In this document: positions 13,456 through 24,358 of the stretch, in pieces
How positions within the stretch are numbered: the first letter of the stretch is position 1
How the letters are laid out: each line of letters starts with the position of its first letter
Origin: Macrostomum lignano
Lineage: Eukaryota
Assembly (NCBI GenBank): GCA_002269645.1
Contig: NIVC01000127.1
Coordinates: forward strand, 1-64,000
DNA length: 64,000 nucleotides
Direction of reading: 5' to 3'
Notes under the pieces: generated by a model
The model's input: the letters and a program-made list of their open reading frames with translations, nothing else
Databases searched by the model: none
What the model was told of the DNA's origin: nothing
Position numbers and translations under genes: made by a program

Positions 13456-14214
13456 AGTTGACTAATGCCATAATTATATGTTGCGATTAAAACTGTTGTG
13501 AAATCCCTATTGCAGCCGTCTCTGCATTTTGCCTGAAATTTTCCCAACTCTAGCGATTAAAACTCCGCTCTAATCGCTGCTTATCGGCACTTGTCTTTTG
13601 AGGTAAATTGCGGAAATTGCTGGGGATGCGTCTTCAAAGAGCAGAAAAAGCGAAGTTTAAAAAGTGTTGAAGAAAAGTTGCTCCCGGCGGCAGCTGCGCT
13701 AACGGCAAAGCCTGGCTGCTCAAAAAAGCAGGAAAACCTGTTTGATCAACCAGACAAGCCAACCCCAAGACTCCAACTGCTCCGGCCTCTGCCCGCCGAT
13801 GCACCGTAAGGATGTGGCGGATAAACAAGCCAATTAAATGGGCGGCCGGGGGCTGCAGCACACCGAAGTCAGTCAGCTGCTGTAGCTGGCAGACCAAGCC
13901 AAGACGCGGTGCAGCCATCACCGCCAGCTATGATAGTCATAAATCATGCCCATGCAAGAGTGCGAAGCACTTCATCGGATGCATGACTAGCATTGTTGCA
14001 GCTATATTTTCAATCGCTGCTGTATGGGGGGCTATGCAGGTAAACCAACACTGCTAATTTAAAAAAGACTGATTGAACTGCGTGAAGAGTGGTGTCCCTG
14101 ATACAAGCACAAAATTAAAGTGGCATCAGTGGCGTCCTGACGCGGACAATAAAAAGTGACGCCGAAAAACAAGGAACCACCGACACAGATAAATAAATGG
14201 CACTACTATCACCG

Positions 14215-14515
14215 AAACACAAAATAATGGCACTCCTGACACCAAAACAAAATAGTGGCACTCCTGACACCAAAACAAAATAGTGGCACTCCTGACGCCA
14301 AAACAAAATAGTGGCACTCCTGACACCAAAACAAAATAATGGCACTCCTGACACCAAAACAAAATAGTGGCACTCCTGACGCTGATACAAAAGTGGCACT
14401 CCTGCCATTGAAAAGTGACACCAAATTTCGACACAGACACAGTGGCACTCCTGACGATGACACAGTGGCGCTCCTGGCGATGACACAAAAGTGGCACTCC
14501 TGACACAGACAAAAG
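14215..14515. repeat. 28-bp minisatellite CACCAAAACAAAATAGTGGCACTCCTGA
   Basis: About 7 clean units, then degenerate copies. Confidence 0.85.
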
Positions 14516-14739
14516 ATGACACCCCTGACGCCGACTAAGGCGCGTCTGCGACGCGCTGTCAGCCATGCACCCACCTCGTGATCTGCCATCTGCCGCTCTG
14601 TAAAGAGGTGACAAAGAGCCGCTCCGCGCGACAATCGCTGCGGCCGCTTTTGGAGTGGCCAGCAAAACCTGGCAGATCTGTGCAGCAAATCGCCGAACGC
14701 ACCTGCCCTCCCCCCCCTGTCCCACCCCAAAATCCAGTC

Positions 14740-14746
14740 TATAAAT
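14740..14746 (+). promoter_or_regulatory. Candidate TATA box of the insulin-like peptide gene
   Basis: TATAAAT about 125 bp upstream of the split start codon; positional inference only. Confidence 0.35.
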
Positions 14747-14867
14747 TCGGCAACAGACAGCGGCCTAAACGGCAGCTCTCTCAGCTCGATCCTCCAGCTT
14801 CTCCTGCCCGACACTGCCGAATCGCTTCCCTATAATTGATTCAATAGGAAATCCCCTGCTAAGCAAA

Positions 14868-15663
14868 ATGTAAGTCAATGATTTTCGAATCACGTTTTTT
14901 CAAAAAAGCACCAAACAGTTTGTCCAATACAATCTAATCGTCACCTGCCCCCCCCCCTCACCGCCGCAGGAGTTCGACACTTGTGACTGTCGTTTGCACA
15001 GGAAAAAGCTGCAGTCTCGGTGGCGGTCGGCTGCCACTGCTGCTGCTGCTGCTCGCCCTGTCAGCTGGGGCGGCCATGGCCGAGGACGCCCGCAGGGTCA
15101 GCCGAGCCGTTGGTCCGTTCGACAGCTACGAAGAGGTCAGTCGTGAGAGCAGCTGGCAGCCCCATGCGTTGCATACAATTTTATCCGATGCCGCATCGCT
15201 AAAAGACCCGCATGACTTTTTTCCAGATTAGCTTGTCGCCAAACTCAAAGATTTACAAGGCGTGCGGTTTGCCGCTGATGATCCTGATGACTCGCGCCTG
15301 CAGGCGTCACGGCGGACTCTACGTGCCGGCTAAGGACCCGGTGCTGGAGGAGTTCGGCAGTCTGTCCAAAAGTGAGTTGCTCTGCTCAGCCGCCCCCCCC
15401 CCTGAAAAACTCCCTAATGCCGCCGATGCATCGTAATTTGAGAATCGAAAATTTCCATTGCAGCCACGAAAATGCCCCCCGTCGGAGCCGGAGGCGTCAG
15501 GAACCCCTGCAACAGACCCGACATCGGGCAGCGCGACCCGTTCCTCCAGTGCTGCTGCAACTACTGCTCGGAGAGGACACTGCGCGGCTTTTGCTCTGAC
15601 GACGCGCGCCACGCCTCCCAGCAGCTTTTCCTGATGGCCCGGCCGGGCAAGAGGTCCAATTAA
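14868..15663 (+). CDS. Insulin-like peptide precursor (170 aa); exons 14868-14869, 14970-15135, 15227-15371, 15464-15663
   Basis: Spliced ORF of 513 nt: signal-like LPLLLLLLALSAGAAMA, B-chain CGLPLMILMTRAC (C-x11-C), A-chain CCCNYCSERTLRGFC (CC-x3-C-x8-C). All three introns are GT-AG with matching phases. Confidence 0.85.
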
Positions 15664-16576
15664 CAAACTCAATAACACCTGGCAACTGTGAATTTTGAGT
15701 AATTCATTAATTATCTAGTAAGTCTTCGACAGGCTGTGTCGAACCCCGCCGAGTGCGTCCGGATAATGTTTTGTCCCTGCTCCGACGCGCCAATCCTGTA
15801 GAGTTTCTGTAGAAGTCCGGCCGCACCGCCCCACCATATGTGTTTTCAAGCCGCAAAAATACACGGAACTCGCCTTCTCTCCCGCTTTTCAACTCAAAGA
15901 ACCCTTATTGAAACAGCAATAGCAATGCAATTTTTGTAACGAAGTGTCTTATGATATTCTTAGTAATTTTGGCGCGCGCCCACTGCAGCACGCGATAGCT
16001 CAGACAGGAATATTGATACAAGTCGCCTTTAGGAGCTGACGGCGATTTTTAAATTCAATTTTGAAGCAAAATTTCAAATTCGTGCACAAGCCCCAAGCCC
16101 ACTGCAGGGGGTTGTGGCGCAAGAGTCAGACGCGTACTTCAAATTTACAATAATTTGCTTTAGCGAACGGCAATACAATTAATTTCTATTTGTTTTCCAC
16201 GAGAGATCACGTGACTGACTTCATAAAGCTAGTGATTAAAGTGTTTTCTCTGCTATTTACAGAAAACCAATTATAAAATCGCAAAAAATGCTGCGAGGTC
16301 GCGCTGTAATTTAGGACAGTTTTGTTTCAATTTAGACCGCATACATTTATCGCGGATGTCAGGACGCAAGTTTGTCAATTCGCTGTTGGACACATTTTTA
16401 AGCCAGAGCTGAAGCATTTTGGAGAATTTTTCTATTTTTAACTTTGATTTATGACATAAAAATCAAGTTCTTTTGCGCTCAGCCACTCGAGCCAAGACCA
16501 TTATTGTCCATAAGACACAGCCTGGCGTAATGGCAAACTCAAATGGCCATTATTTCAGCTTTAGCAGGCGTTTTAA

Positions 16577-16802
16577 CCATGGACGATTCGCCACTCGTGA
16601 TTGCGGTCATTATCTATATCAAATACATACCGAATAATATACCAATATTGATGGGCTGCAGACGGCAGAAACGAGCTATAACGCTGAGGCGCGTAGCGCC
16701 GAGGAGTGTTAGCTCGTTTCTGCCCGATGCGGCCCATCCATATTAGTGTTATAGTTAGAGGGCGTGAAACCGCGTTTCACGGGCCGCTGAGACTGTCTAT
16801 GG
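16577..16802. mobile_element. Small element with CCAT(A/G)GAC...GTCTATGG termini
   Basis: Short TIR; the same termini recur at 34578-34692 and 35052-35150; superfamily not assigned. Confidence 0.45.
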
Positions 16803-19800
16803 TAAAATCGCATTTACTCCAATGCATTCAGTCGGTTTCACGGCCCGCTGAAAATGTCTATGGCAAAGTCAGAAGAAAGCGGGGTCAAGGGGGCACACCA
16901 GCACACAAGACAAAGAAAGAAATAATGAAATCCAAAAAATTTTTTATGTCCAAAACTCCTTATTTTGCGAATTGAAAAAATGGTAACTGATACTAAAAAT
17001 TGTATCTCGCTAGTGCGTGTGTTAAATGACTTGTTACTGTGTAAGAAACGCAGTTGTCTAAATGGTTTGAACACATTAAACGAAGCGCGGGCAGCGTGAA
17101 CAAAACGCAGGTCAGCGTGTAAGAAACGCAGTGTCTGGACCATAGACAACTGCGTTGATTACACGCTGACCAAAATCAATGAAAGTACAGTACGATGTCC
17201 ATGTATTTTTTTTTCAAGACGCAAGTAACTGATATATAAACAGAGCTTGTCCCTAACCACGAAACACACAGTTGTAGAGCTGTCCGTGGAAATTGAACAC
17301 AATAGGTCGATTGCCATTGGTAGACAGATCCATGGTAACAGTGTGGCAGCCGGTACATGTATTGACTGACTGACCATTGTCACTGACTCGATGGTTGAAA
17401 CAACCGCGCCTTCTTGCCTGGCAGCTGTTGGCATAGTTGCCAACATCCGCTCCAGACACAGGAACATGGGATTACCCGCTTCCTTGATTCGGCTGATACT
17501 AGATCCTTGCCATCAGAATGCAGCGACATATCATGTCATGTCATTTAAAAGTCATATAAAACACGCACTAGCGAGATAAAATGTGCCACACACTTACAGA
17601 TTAAATGCATTTTTCACAACGATGAAAATTTCCAAGCTTTTGAAATTTTGATATGAATAACAATAATTGTAGGAGGATTGTGAGCACCCTGTTGCTATGC
17701 CTTCGACAACATTGTCCCACAACTGCAGCGCTGACGGCAGCGCTCATACACACGCTCACACAGGGTGTACAACGGATCTGATTTTCTATCGTGTACAAGC
17801 AGAATGTGTCTGCGCACCACCGAATCGAAGCACTAATCTTTGTCCTTCAGCAGCTCTTCGCCCGCCTAATTTCTGCAGTACTGCTCCATGCAGACTGCTC
17901 TAATAGTACGTGATACGAGCGCTATATACTCTCTCTAGCTGACACAGCAATTTATCCCGATCCTCGGTTTGCATCCCTCAGCTCATATTCCGCGCGCGTT
18001 TCTCTGTGCTCTTGACGGCTCCGCCTACGCCAAAGCCGGCCGACTTGATTTAATTAATTCGAGAACCCGTCTCAGATACAGGTATAGGCGCAACACCGGT
18101 GTAATTGCCGGAAATATTTTTGGCGCTTAAAACCGAATAGAATTGGATATTTTCGTTTAAAAAAACTCACGGAAATGGTACAGGTTGGCGGTGGCGTCAT
18201 TTAGTCTTTATCAAGATTGTCTTGCTATGTACATGTACGAGATCTTTAGACTCGCTTGATTTTCCACCCTGCGCAATGAGGAAATTTTAATATTAATCTT
18301 AGGCCCATAATGTCCTGTCGTTCACTGCGCTCGCAAATTAAATTATTTAATTTTTTGAAGGCTATCTTTGAAAAAAATCTATTTTATTGACGTCGTAAAG
18401 AAGGCTGTTTTCGCCAAGGATATCCCGAGAATTGATCCCTCCTTCAAGAAAAATATATGACAAGCTAATGACTAATTATGCAAAATTTTAAAAATATGAA
18501 TTGGCATACGGAAACAAAAAATCTATTGATATAGCTTATAATGTATTTCGATATTGTCTGTAAATCAATGAGATCAATACAATGTAAAGGACGACTTGAG
18601 AAGAAAACAATTAATTAAAAAGCTATTAGGACCATTATACAGAGATTTTGAACCAAATAATGGCAGCTAGACGACAAAAAATAATAACTGTCAAAAACTA
18701 TTGGGAGAACAAAGTTGATCGAATCACTTTCTTAAACTCTTTTGACTTTTGGCGCCAAAATTGACAATTTACATGCCGCCGGTGAACGAAAATCAAAACT
18801 GGCCCGGACAGGTTGACTCAGTAAAAGATACTTAAAAATACATTACTGTATATTGCCCTAAACAAGAACCAGAAAAAACAAAGAAGAAGAAATCCTTAGC
18901 TAGCCCACAAAAAATAAGAGAGAAGGGGAGATGGGAACTCGGGTGCGATTCCAAGATCACAATCATAACAGAAAAGAAGCGATGTACTTGGTAGTACATG
19001 CAATAAGGTTCAACTCTATTGAGACGATTAACTCTTAACCCCCCCCCCCTGTTCTCCGGTTCCGTCGCCAAGCTGCCAGTAAGCGTACAAGGACGACGTA
19101 AGTCCTGCAGTCTGCAGTGAGATCTGCAGTTAATAGGTTAAATTTTGTCAAACGAGAGTTTTTGTTGCAATTAGCACAGCATTGCTGCGAAACTGATATA
19201 GATAATGGTAGTAGTGAATTCTAAAAACTTTTTTGCTCCCTAATTTTTTCTAATTCAACCCGTCGTTATTGTTTGTTCTACAAAACTGATACATTGATAC
19301 CATAATTGAAGGCCTATCGCCATCGTTCACTCTGTGTGAGATTTCAACATCGTAAGTAACAAAGTTCAACGGATTTTTTCTAAGAAAACACATTATATTT
19401 AACTGCTTTCTAGACGAAGCGTATTAACCTTTCTTGTTACTTTTTATGTTTTCAAACATTCAGTCTGTGCATTTTATAGTGTCACCACTTTAAGGCTTAA
19501 GTGATTAGTAATTATGATGACGAAAAATTAGCCTTATTTCATTATATGTTCATTATGTTCAATGTGTTCATTATATAAAGAGTGGAGTAAAATGACTTAT
19601 ATTGTATATAGTAGGCTATTGCTATTGTACCAAATACCAACCAACCCAATATTGCAATAAAAACAAATTACAAATTTTACATTTCATGCTTCATGCTGTT
19701 GTAAATTGTGCAGGCCTACTGATATCTATATAAATAATGTATGTATATTATATTTGTTATATTCCATCTATATTATAATGGCACTGCCGGATCGCGGATC

Positions 19801-20697
19801 CATAGGCCTAGCCATTAGAAAATGGGTTCTAGTGCTGGAACTCTAGCCATTGCCTAAAAAAAGTGCTCACAATGTTAAAATGAATGCCTATGCCTAGATA
19901 TTCTATAGTCTAGATCATAATAGGTGCATGCTTAAACAAAAATTAAACAATTACAATTGCATGCCAAAAAATTGAGTGCATTGTGCATGCCCATTCTCAC
20001 AACTATGCCAGTGTTGCAACAATAAATGACCTTTTCTTATGTTGTTACAATAAGTAACCTTTTTTGAATTGCATAATGGACCCTTTTTGACATATAATTT
20101 TAGGTTGATTTTTCTACTTTTTAGCAATATTCTTTATAGCAGAAAATTAGGCCTAATACATGCAAAGATTAGTTTAAATGCTTTATTGCAATTGCAAGCT
20201 TAAAAACCTGGAAAGCTTGAAATTTATGCTTAAAATGAACTTTTTCATCTTTTTTTCTACTTTACAATCACTATTTTGCATTATTCTATAAAGTGCACAT
20301 TAGGTATGCATGCACATTATTTTCTTAGGAGTGATATATGCCAACTGTGTACTTTTGGCATAAAAGGCCAATGCATGCCCAAATTTTCTTGTGTATATTA
20401 TATGATCCAGAGTATAGCCTACAATATAATCATATATGTCTAATAATGATGGACCAAATGTAGATTTTTGTAAGTTTCCAAAACTGAATCCAAATATACA
20501 AAAAAATTCTAAATCCAAATATCCAAATGTGTTTCCGAATATAGACAAAAGTAGAAAGTAAATAGTGGGAGTAACTACAATACCTTTCAGTGACAAAAAT
20601 GCCTCATCATCTAATTTGTAATAATATTAGTGCGATACAATAATTTACTGACAAGATTAAATCTAATCTTGGGCTTATACTATATCTATCTAGTATC

Positions 20698-21090
20698 TAG
20701 AGGTCAGATAGGATTGAAATCTTCGGGCAGGATCGGGATCGGGAATAATTTTTTTCTCGGGATCGGGATCGGGATTTGGGAATCGGGATCAGGTCTTTTA
20801 GTGTATTGTCCATGTAAAGTTAAACAAAATTGAGAAAAGATTGTCAAGATCAAGAAGTAAAACACAACGAAATTGATATGAAGTTTTGTAACCAACAAAG
20901 TAAATAATGTAACGAGTACAAGTTAAAGCAAAATACCTTCAAGTAATCACTAATTCTATAAATTATTAATCGAAAGACCTGTTCCCAAATCTCAAGTTTT
21001 TTAGGGTCGGGATTCTGGTCCCGCGGGAATTCAATTTTCCTCGGGATCCCGAGATTTTGGGATCGGGATCGGGATCCCGTCTGACCTCTA
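20698..21090. mobile_element. hAT-type MITE
   Basis: TIR TAGAGGTCAGA / TCTGACCTCTA; exact 8-bp TSD CTAGTATC; subterminal GGGATC repeats. Confidence 0.85.
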
Positions 21091-21312
21091 CTAGTATCTG
21101 AATTGAATTAAACTTAGAATTGAACTCAATTCTTATATATATATAATCTAACTAATTCTAATTACTAATACTAACTAACATTACATTTGTGCAATTTGAT
21201 AACTTTACCTTGTATAACACATATAAAGTTTGTTGCATTTGCATTTTGAAAAAAGAGATGATTACACTTAAACAATGGTTACTGCGATTAAATGTTTTTG
21301 TAACTTTAGGTT

Positions 21313-21610
21313 CATACATGCGCAACAGTCGGCCGAGTCGGCCGATCCGGCCGACCGATTTGGCGGCCAACCAAGGAAGTCGCAAAAATGCCCACCCGAA
21401 AAAATAATCAAGTAGTAGTACTAAGTAGCTGACGAGGCATTTTGGCTTAATAAGACAGTCATAGTTACTCCTGCCGTTTACCCAAAGTTGCGTTAATTTT
21501 GCTTTAGGGTTTTTTTACATGTAAGTCGCATTTTTGGCCAAAAACTACGTCGCATTTTTGTTAAAACTAAGTCGCATGGCCGACCGAATTTCAGAGGTTG
21601 CGCATGTATG
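21313..21610. mobile_element. hAT-type MITE
   Basis: 14-bp TIR CATACATGCGCAAC / GTTGCGCATGTATG; exact 8-bp TSD TTTAGGTT. Confidence 0.88.
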
Positions 21611-22464
21611 TTTAGGTTGAATGCCTCAAAGGTCCTGAAGTTAAATTACTTTACTTATTCATACCTTTTTTAAACATTACTGCAAAAATAGACAATTGTC
21701 AAAACAAACAATATTACATTAAATTTTGCATTCTTGTTTTTTAATTTACTTTCTTTTTTCAAAAGTTGTATTTCTTTTATGTTTGTATAATTTTGTTTTG
21801 GCTTTTTGATTTTTTCATATTTGGAAGCACATTCGGAAATTCAGAAAATAAAATTTCCAAATCCAAAGCATTCAGATTTCTAAAAAAGTGAGACATTTTT
21901 TGGATTCGGATTCCAAATCTGAATATTCAGATCCATCACTAATGCCCAACCTTAAAATTTCACCTATCCGGTGCAACTTAGTTTTGTCTAGATTAGTGAC
22001 TTAGTTTCTCCTAATCACAACTTAGTTCCTCTCAATTGCAACTTAGTTCCCCCAATTACAACTTAATTTTCACTTTGTATAAGACTTTTTTATTGCCTTT
22101 TTCTATTTTCTTCTCTTTCCTCTTTCCCTCTCTTTTCCCTTCCTTCTTTTTCTTTTTTCTTCTCCTTCCTTTCTTCCCCCAATTTTTCATTTTTTGCATT
22201 TTTAAATTTGCAAATTACATTGGCCAGTAGCCATTTCACTCGTCTAGTTTAGATGGGTCAGATGAGTGTTGGGCATGTATGAAAACAGTGCCAAAATGAG
22301 TGTATCTATAAAGCCTTTTTGAAACATACCTTATTAAAATGTTTTTTTTTCTATTTTGGTTTCTTTGTTTTTTTATTATTTATGTAAGTTTTTCCCTTTT
22401 CTTTATTTTTTTCTATGTTTAATCTGTCTATAATTTTTATTGCTTTTGTCTTATGTCCTATTAT

Positions 22465-23105
22465 TAGTGTTCTGCTGTAAGGAAGGTCCATGTACCATAG
22501 CTGTAGCTGTAAGCAAAACTAAAGCCGTTTCCAATTCTCTGTATTCCGTAGCCATAGAGACCCCAATATTACCATATTCCCATAATTGCCGTAGCCTTAG
22601 TTTTAACAAAAAAGTCTAGAAAACAAAATATTTTGAATCAAGAAGATAACCTAGTGCTTAAACAACTGCAAATAAAGTTAGAAAATAAAAGAAACACTTG
22701 ATTGCCTTTGTAAGATTATCTTTTGTCTTTTTTTCAGAGCAACAATACTTAATTGTTACTGAAAATACTAATGCTGAACTTTTTTCACATTAATAAAAAT
22801 TATAGTTTGCTAGTGTTTAATTGTACTTTATTAGGTATGTTTTAAAAGTTTCTAAGTTGATAATACAGTTTACTAAAAGTATCTTTGTTTTACTCTACCT
22901 GTTTCTAATAATTTTTCAATTTTTTAACATTAATAACTACAGCTACAGGAATCTACGGAATGTGACAACAACTACCATATTTCCGTAGTCATAGCCATAA
23001 GAGCAGCTAGCTTCTGTAGGCGTATCTGTAGCTGCTGTAGGCACCTATTTTACCATATTTGCCGTAGGATCCCATAGTTGTAGCTATGGCTATGGCGGAA
23101 CACTA
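22465..23105. mobile_element. hAT-type MITE (older)
   Basis: TIR TAGTGTTCTGC / GCGGAACACTA; TSD CCTATTAT / CCTATTTT; subterminal CCGTAG/CCATAG repeats. Confidence 0.7.
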
Positions 23106-23604
23106 CCTATTTTAACCTTTGGGGCTTGTTTGATTGGTTTTGTAACATACCTACTTTGGCCTCCTTGTTACTTAGATTGGCTTGGTGATCCAGACTAGAT
23201 ATTATATTTAAAGCCTTTAAGTTACTAGATAATTAACAAAGCTAGCCAAAACTAAAGCCACCATTATTATTTCTGTCTGTTATCTATAGACTATAAGGTT
23301 TGATTCTTTTTTTAGGGAATTTATGCTACTAAGCAAATTATATTATATTATATTTAATATAAAGTGTATAATGTCTTTCTGTATCTGAGCAATGCATTAT
23401 GTTGTCTTTAGTGGAAGTAGAATCTGCTTTCAAAGGCTCTACTCTAATGCTATATTAAGGTAAGCATTTTGCTAATATATATATAATAGTTTCAACTTTC
23501 AATGTGTTCAATTGAAATAAATGTTCACTTAGAAGAAAGTTGCTTTCTAGTTTTGGTAAAATAATTTTTTATTGTTTTAATGTAGTAAGTATTTTATTAT
23601 TATA

Positions 23605-24310
23605 AATAGCTGATCACTAGCACCTGGATACACAACTGGAGCACTGGCACCTGGATACACACACGGATCACTGGCACCTAGATATATACACTGAGCATTG
23701 GTACCTAGATACACACAGCATTGGTACCTGGATACACACACTGGTCACTGGCACCTGGATACACACTTTGAGCATTGCTACCTAGATACACACACTGATA
23801 ACTAGCACCTAGATATACACACTGAGCATTGGTACCTAGATACACACACTGATAACTAGCACCTAGATATATACACTGAGCATTGGTACCTAGATACACA
23901 CAGCATTGGTACCTGGATACACACACTGGTCACTGGCACCTGGATACACACTTTGAGCATTGGTACCTAGATACACACACTGATAACTAGCACCTAGATA
24001 TACACACTGAGCATTGGTACCTAGATACACACACTGATAACTAGCACCTAGATATATACACTGAGCATTGGTACCTAGATACACACAGCATTGGTACCTG
24101 GATACACACACTGGTCACTGGCACCTGGATACACACACTGGTCACTGGCACCTGGATACACACACTGGTCACTGGCACCTGGATACACACACTGGTCACT
24201 GGCACCTGGATACACACACTGGTCACTGGCACCTGGATACACACACTAAGCACTGGCACCTGGATACACACACTAAGCACTGGCACCTGGATGGATACAC
24301 ACACTGAGTA
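23605..24310. repeat. Compound minisatellite (about 27-bp GCACCTGGATACACACACTGGTCACTG and variants)
   Basis: Tandem units with a higher-order duplication (about 185-bp period at 23690-24110). Confidence 0.9.
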
Positions 24311-24358
24311 CCGACCCCTCTAGTTCGTTATTAATATTAATCGCGAGTTTATTAAGAG

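Larger units (their letters stand above)
20444..21941. mobile_element. Old hAT-type MITE hosting two younger insertions
   Basis: Termini TAATGATGGA... / ...GATCCATCACTA; degenerate 8-bp TSD ATGTCTAA / ATGCCCAA; subterminal GAATCC/GGATTC repeats at both ends. Confidence 0.55.
19250..23600. other. AT-rich, CpG-depleted domain of decayed and nested MITEs upstream of LETM1
   Basis: Composition like 1-3150; contains four TIR elements of different ages. Confidence 0.75.

Noticed and set aside
13591-14057. Short ORFs upstream of the ILP gene
   Set aside because: No family motif and no coherent splice chain.
15700-15750. Hairpin TTCGACA-n5-TGTCGAA followed by CTAG on the minus strand (Helitron-like 3' end)
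   Set aside because: CTAG is followed by A rather than T, and no 5' TC end was identifiable.
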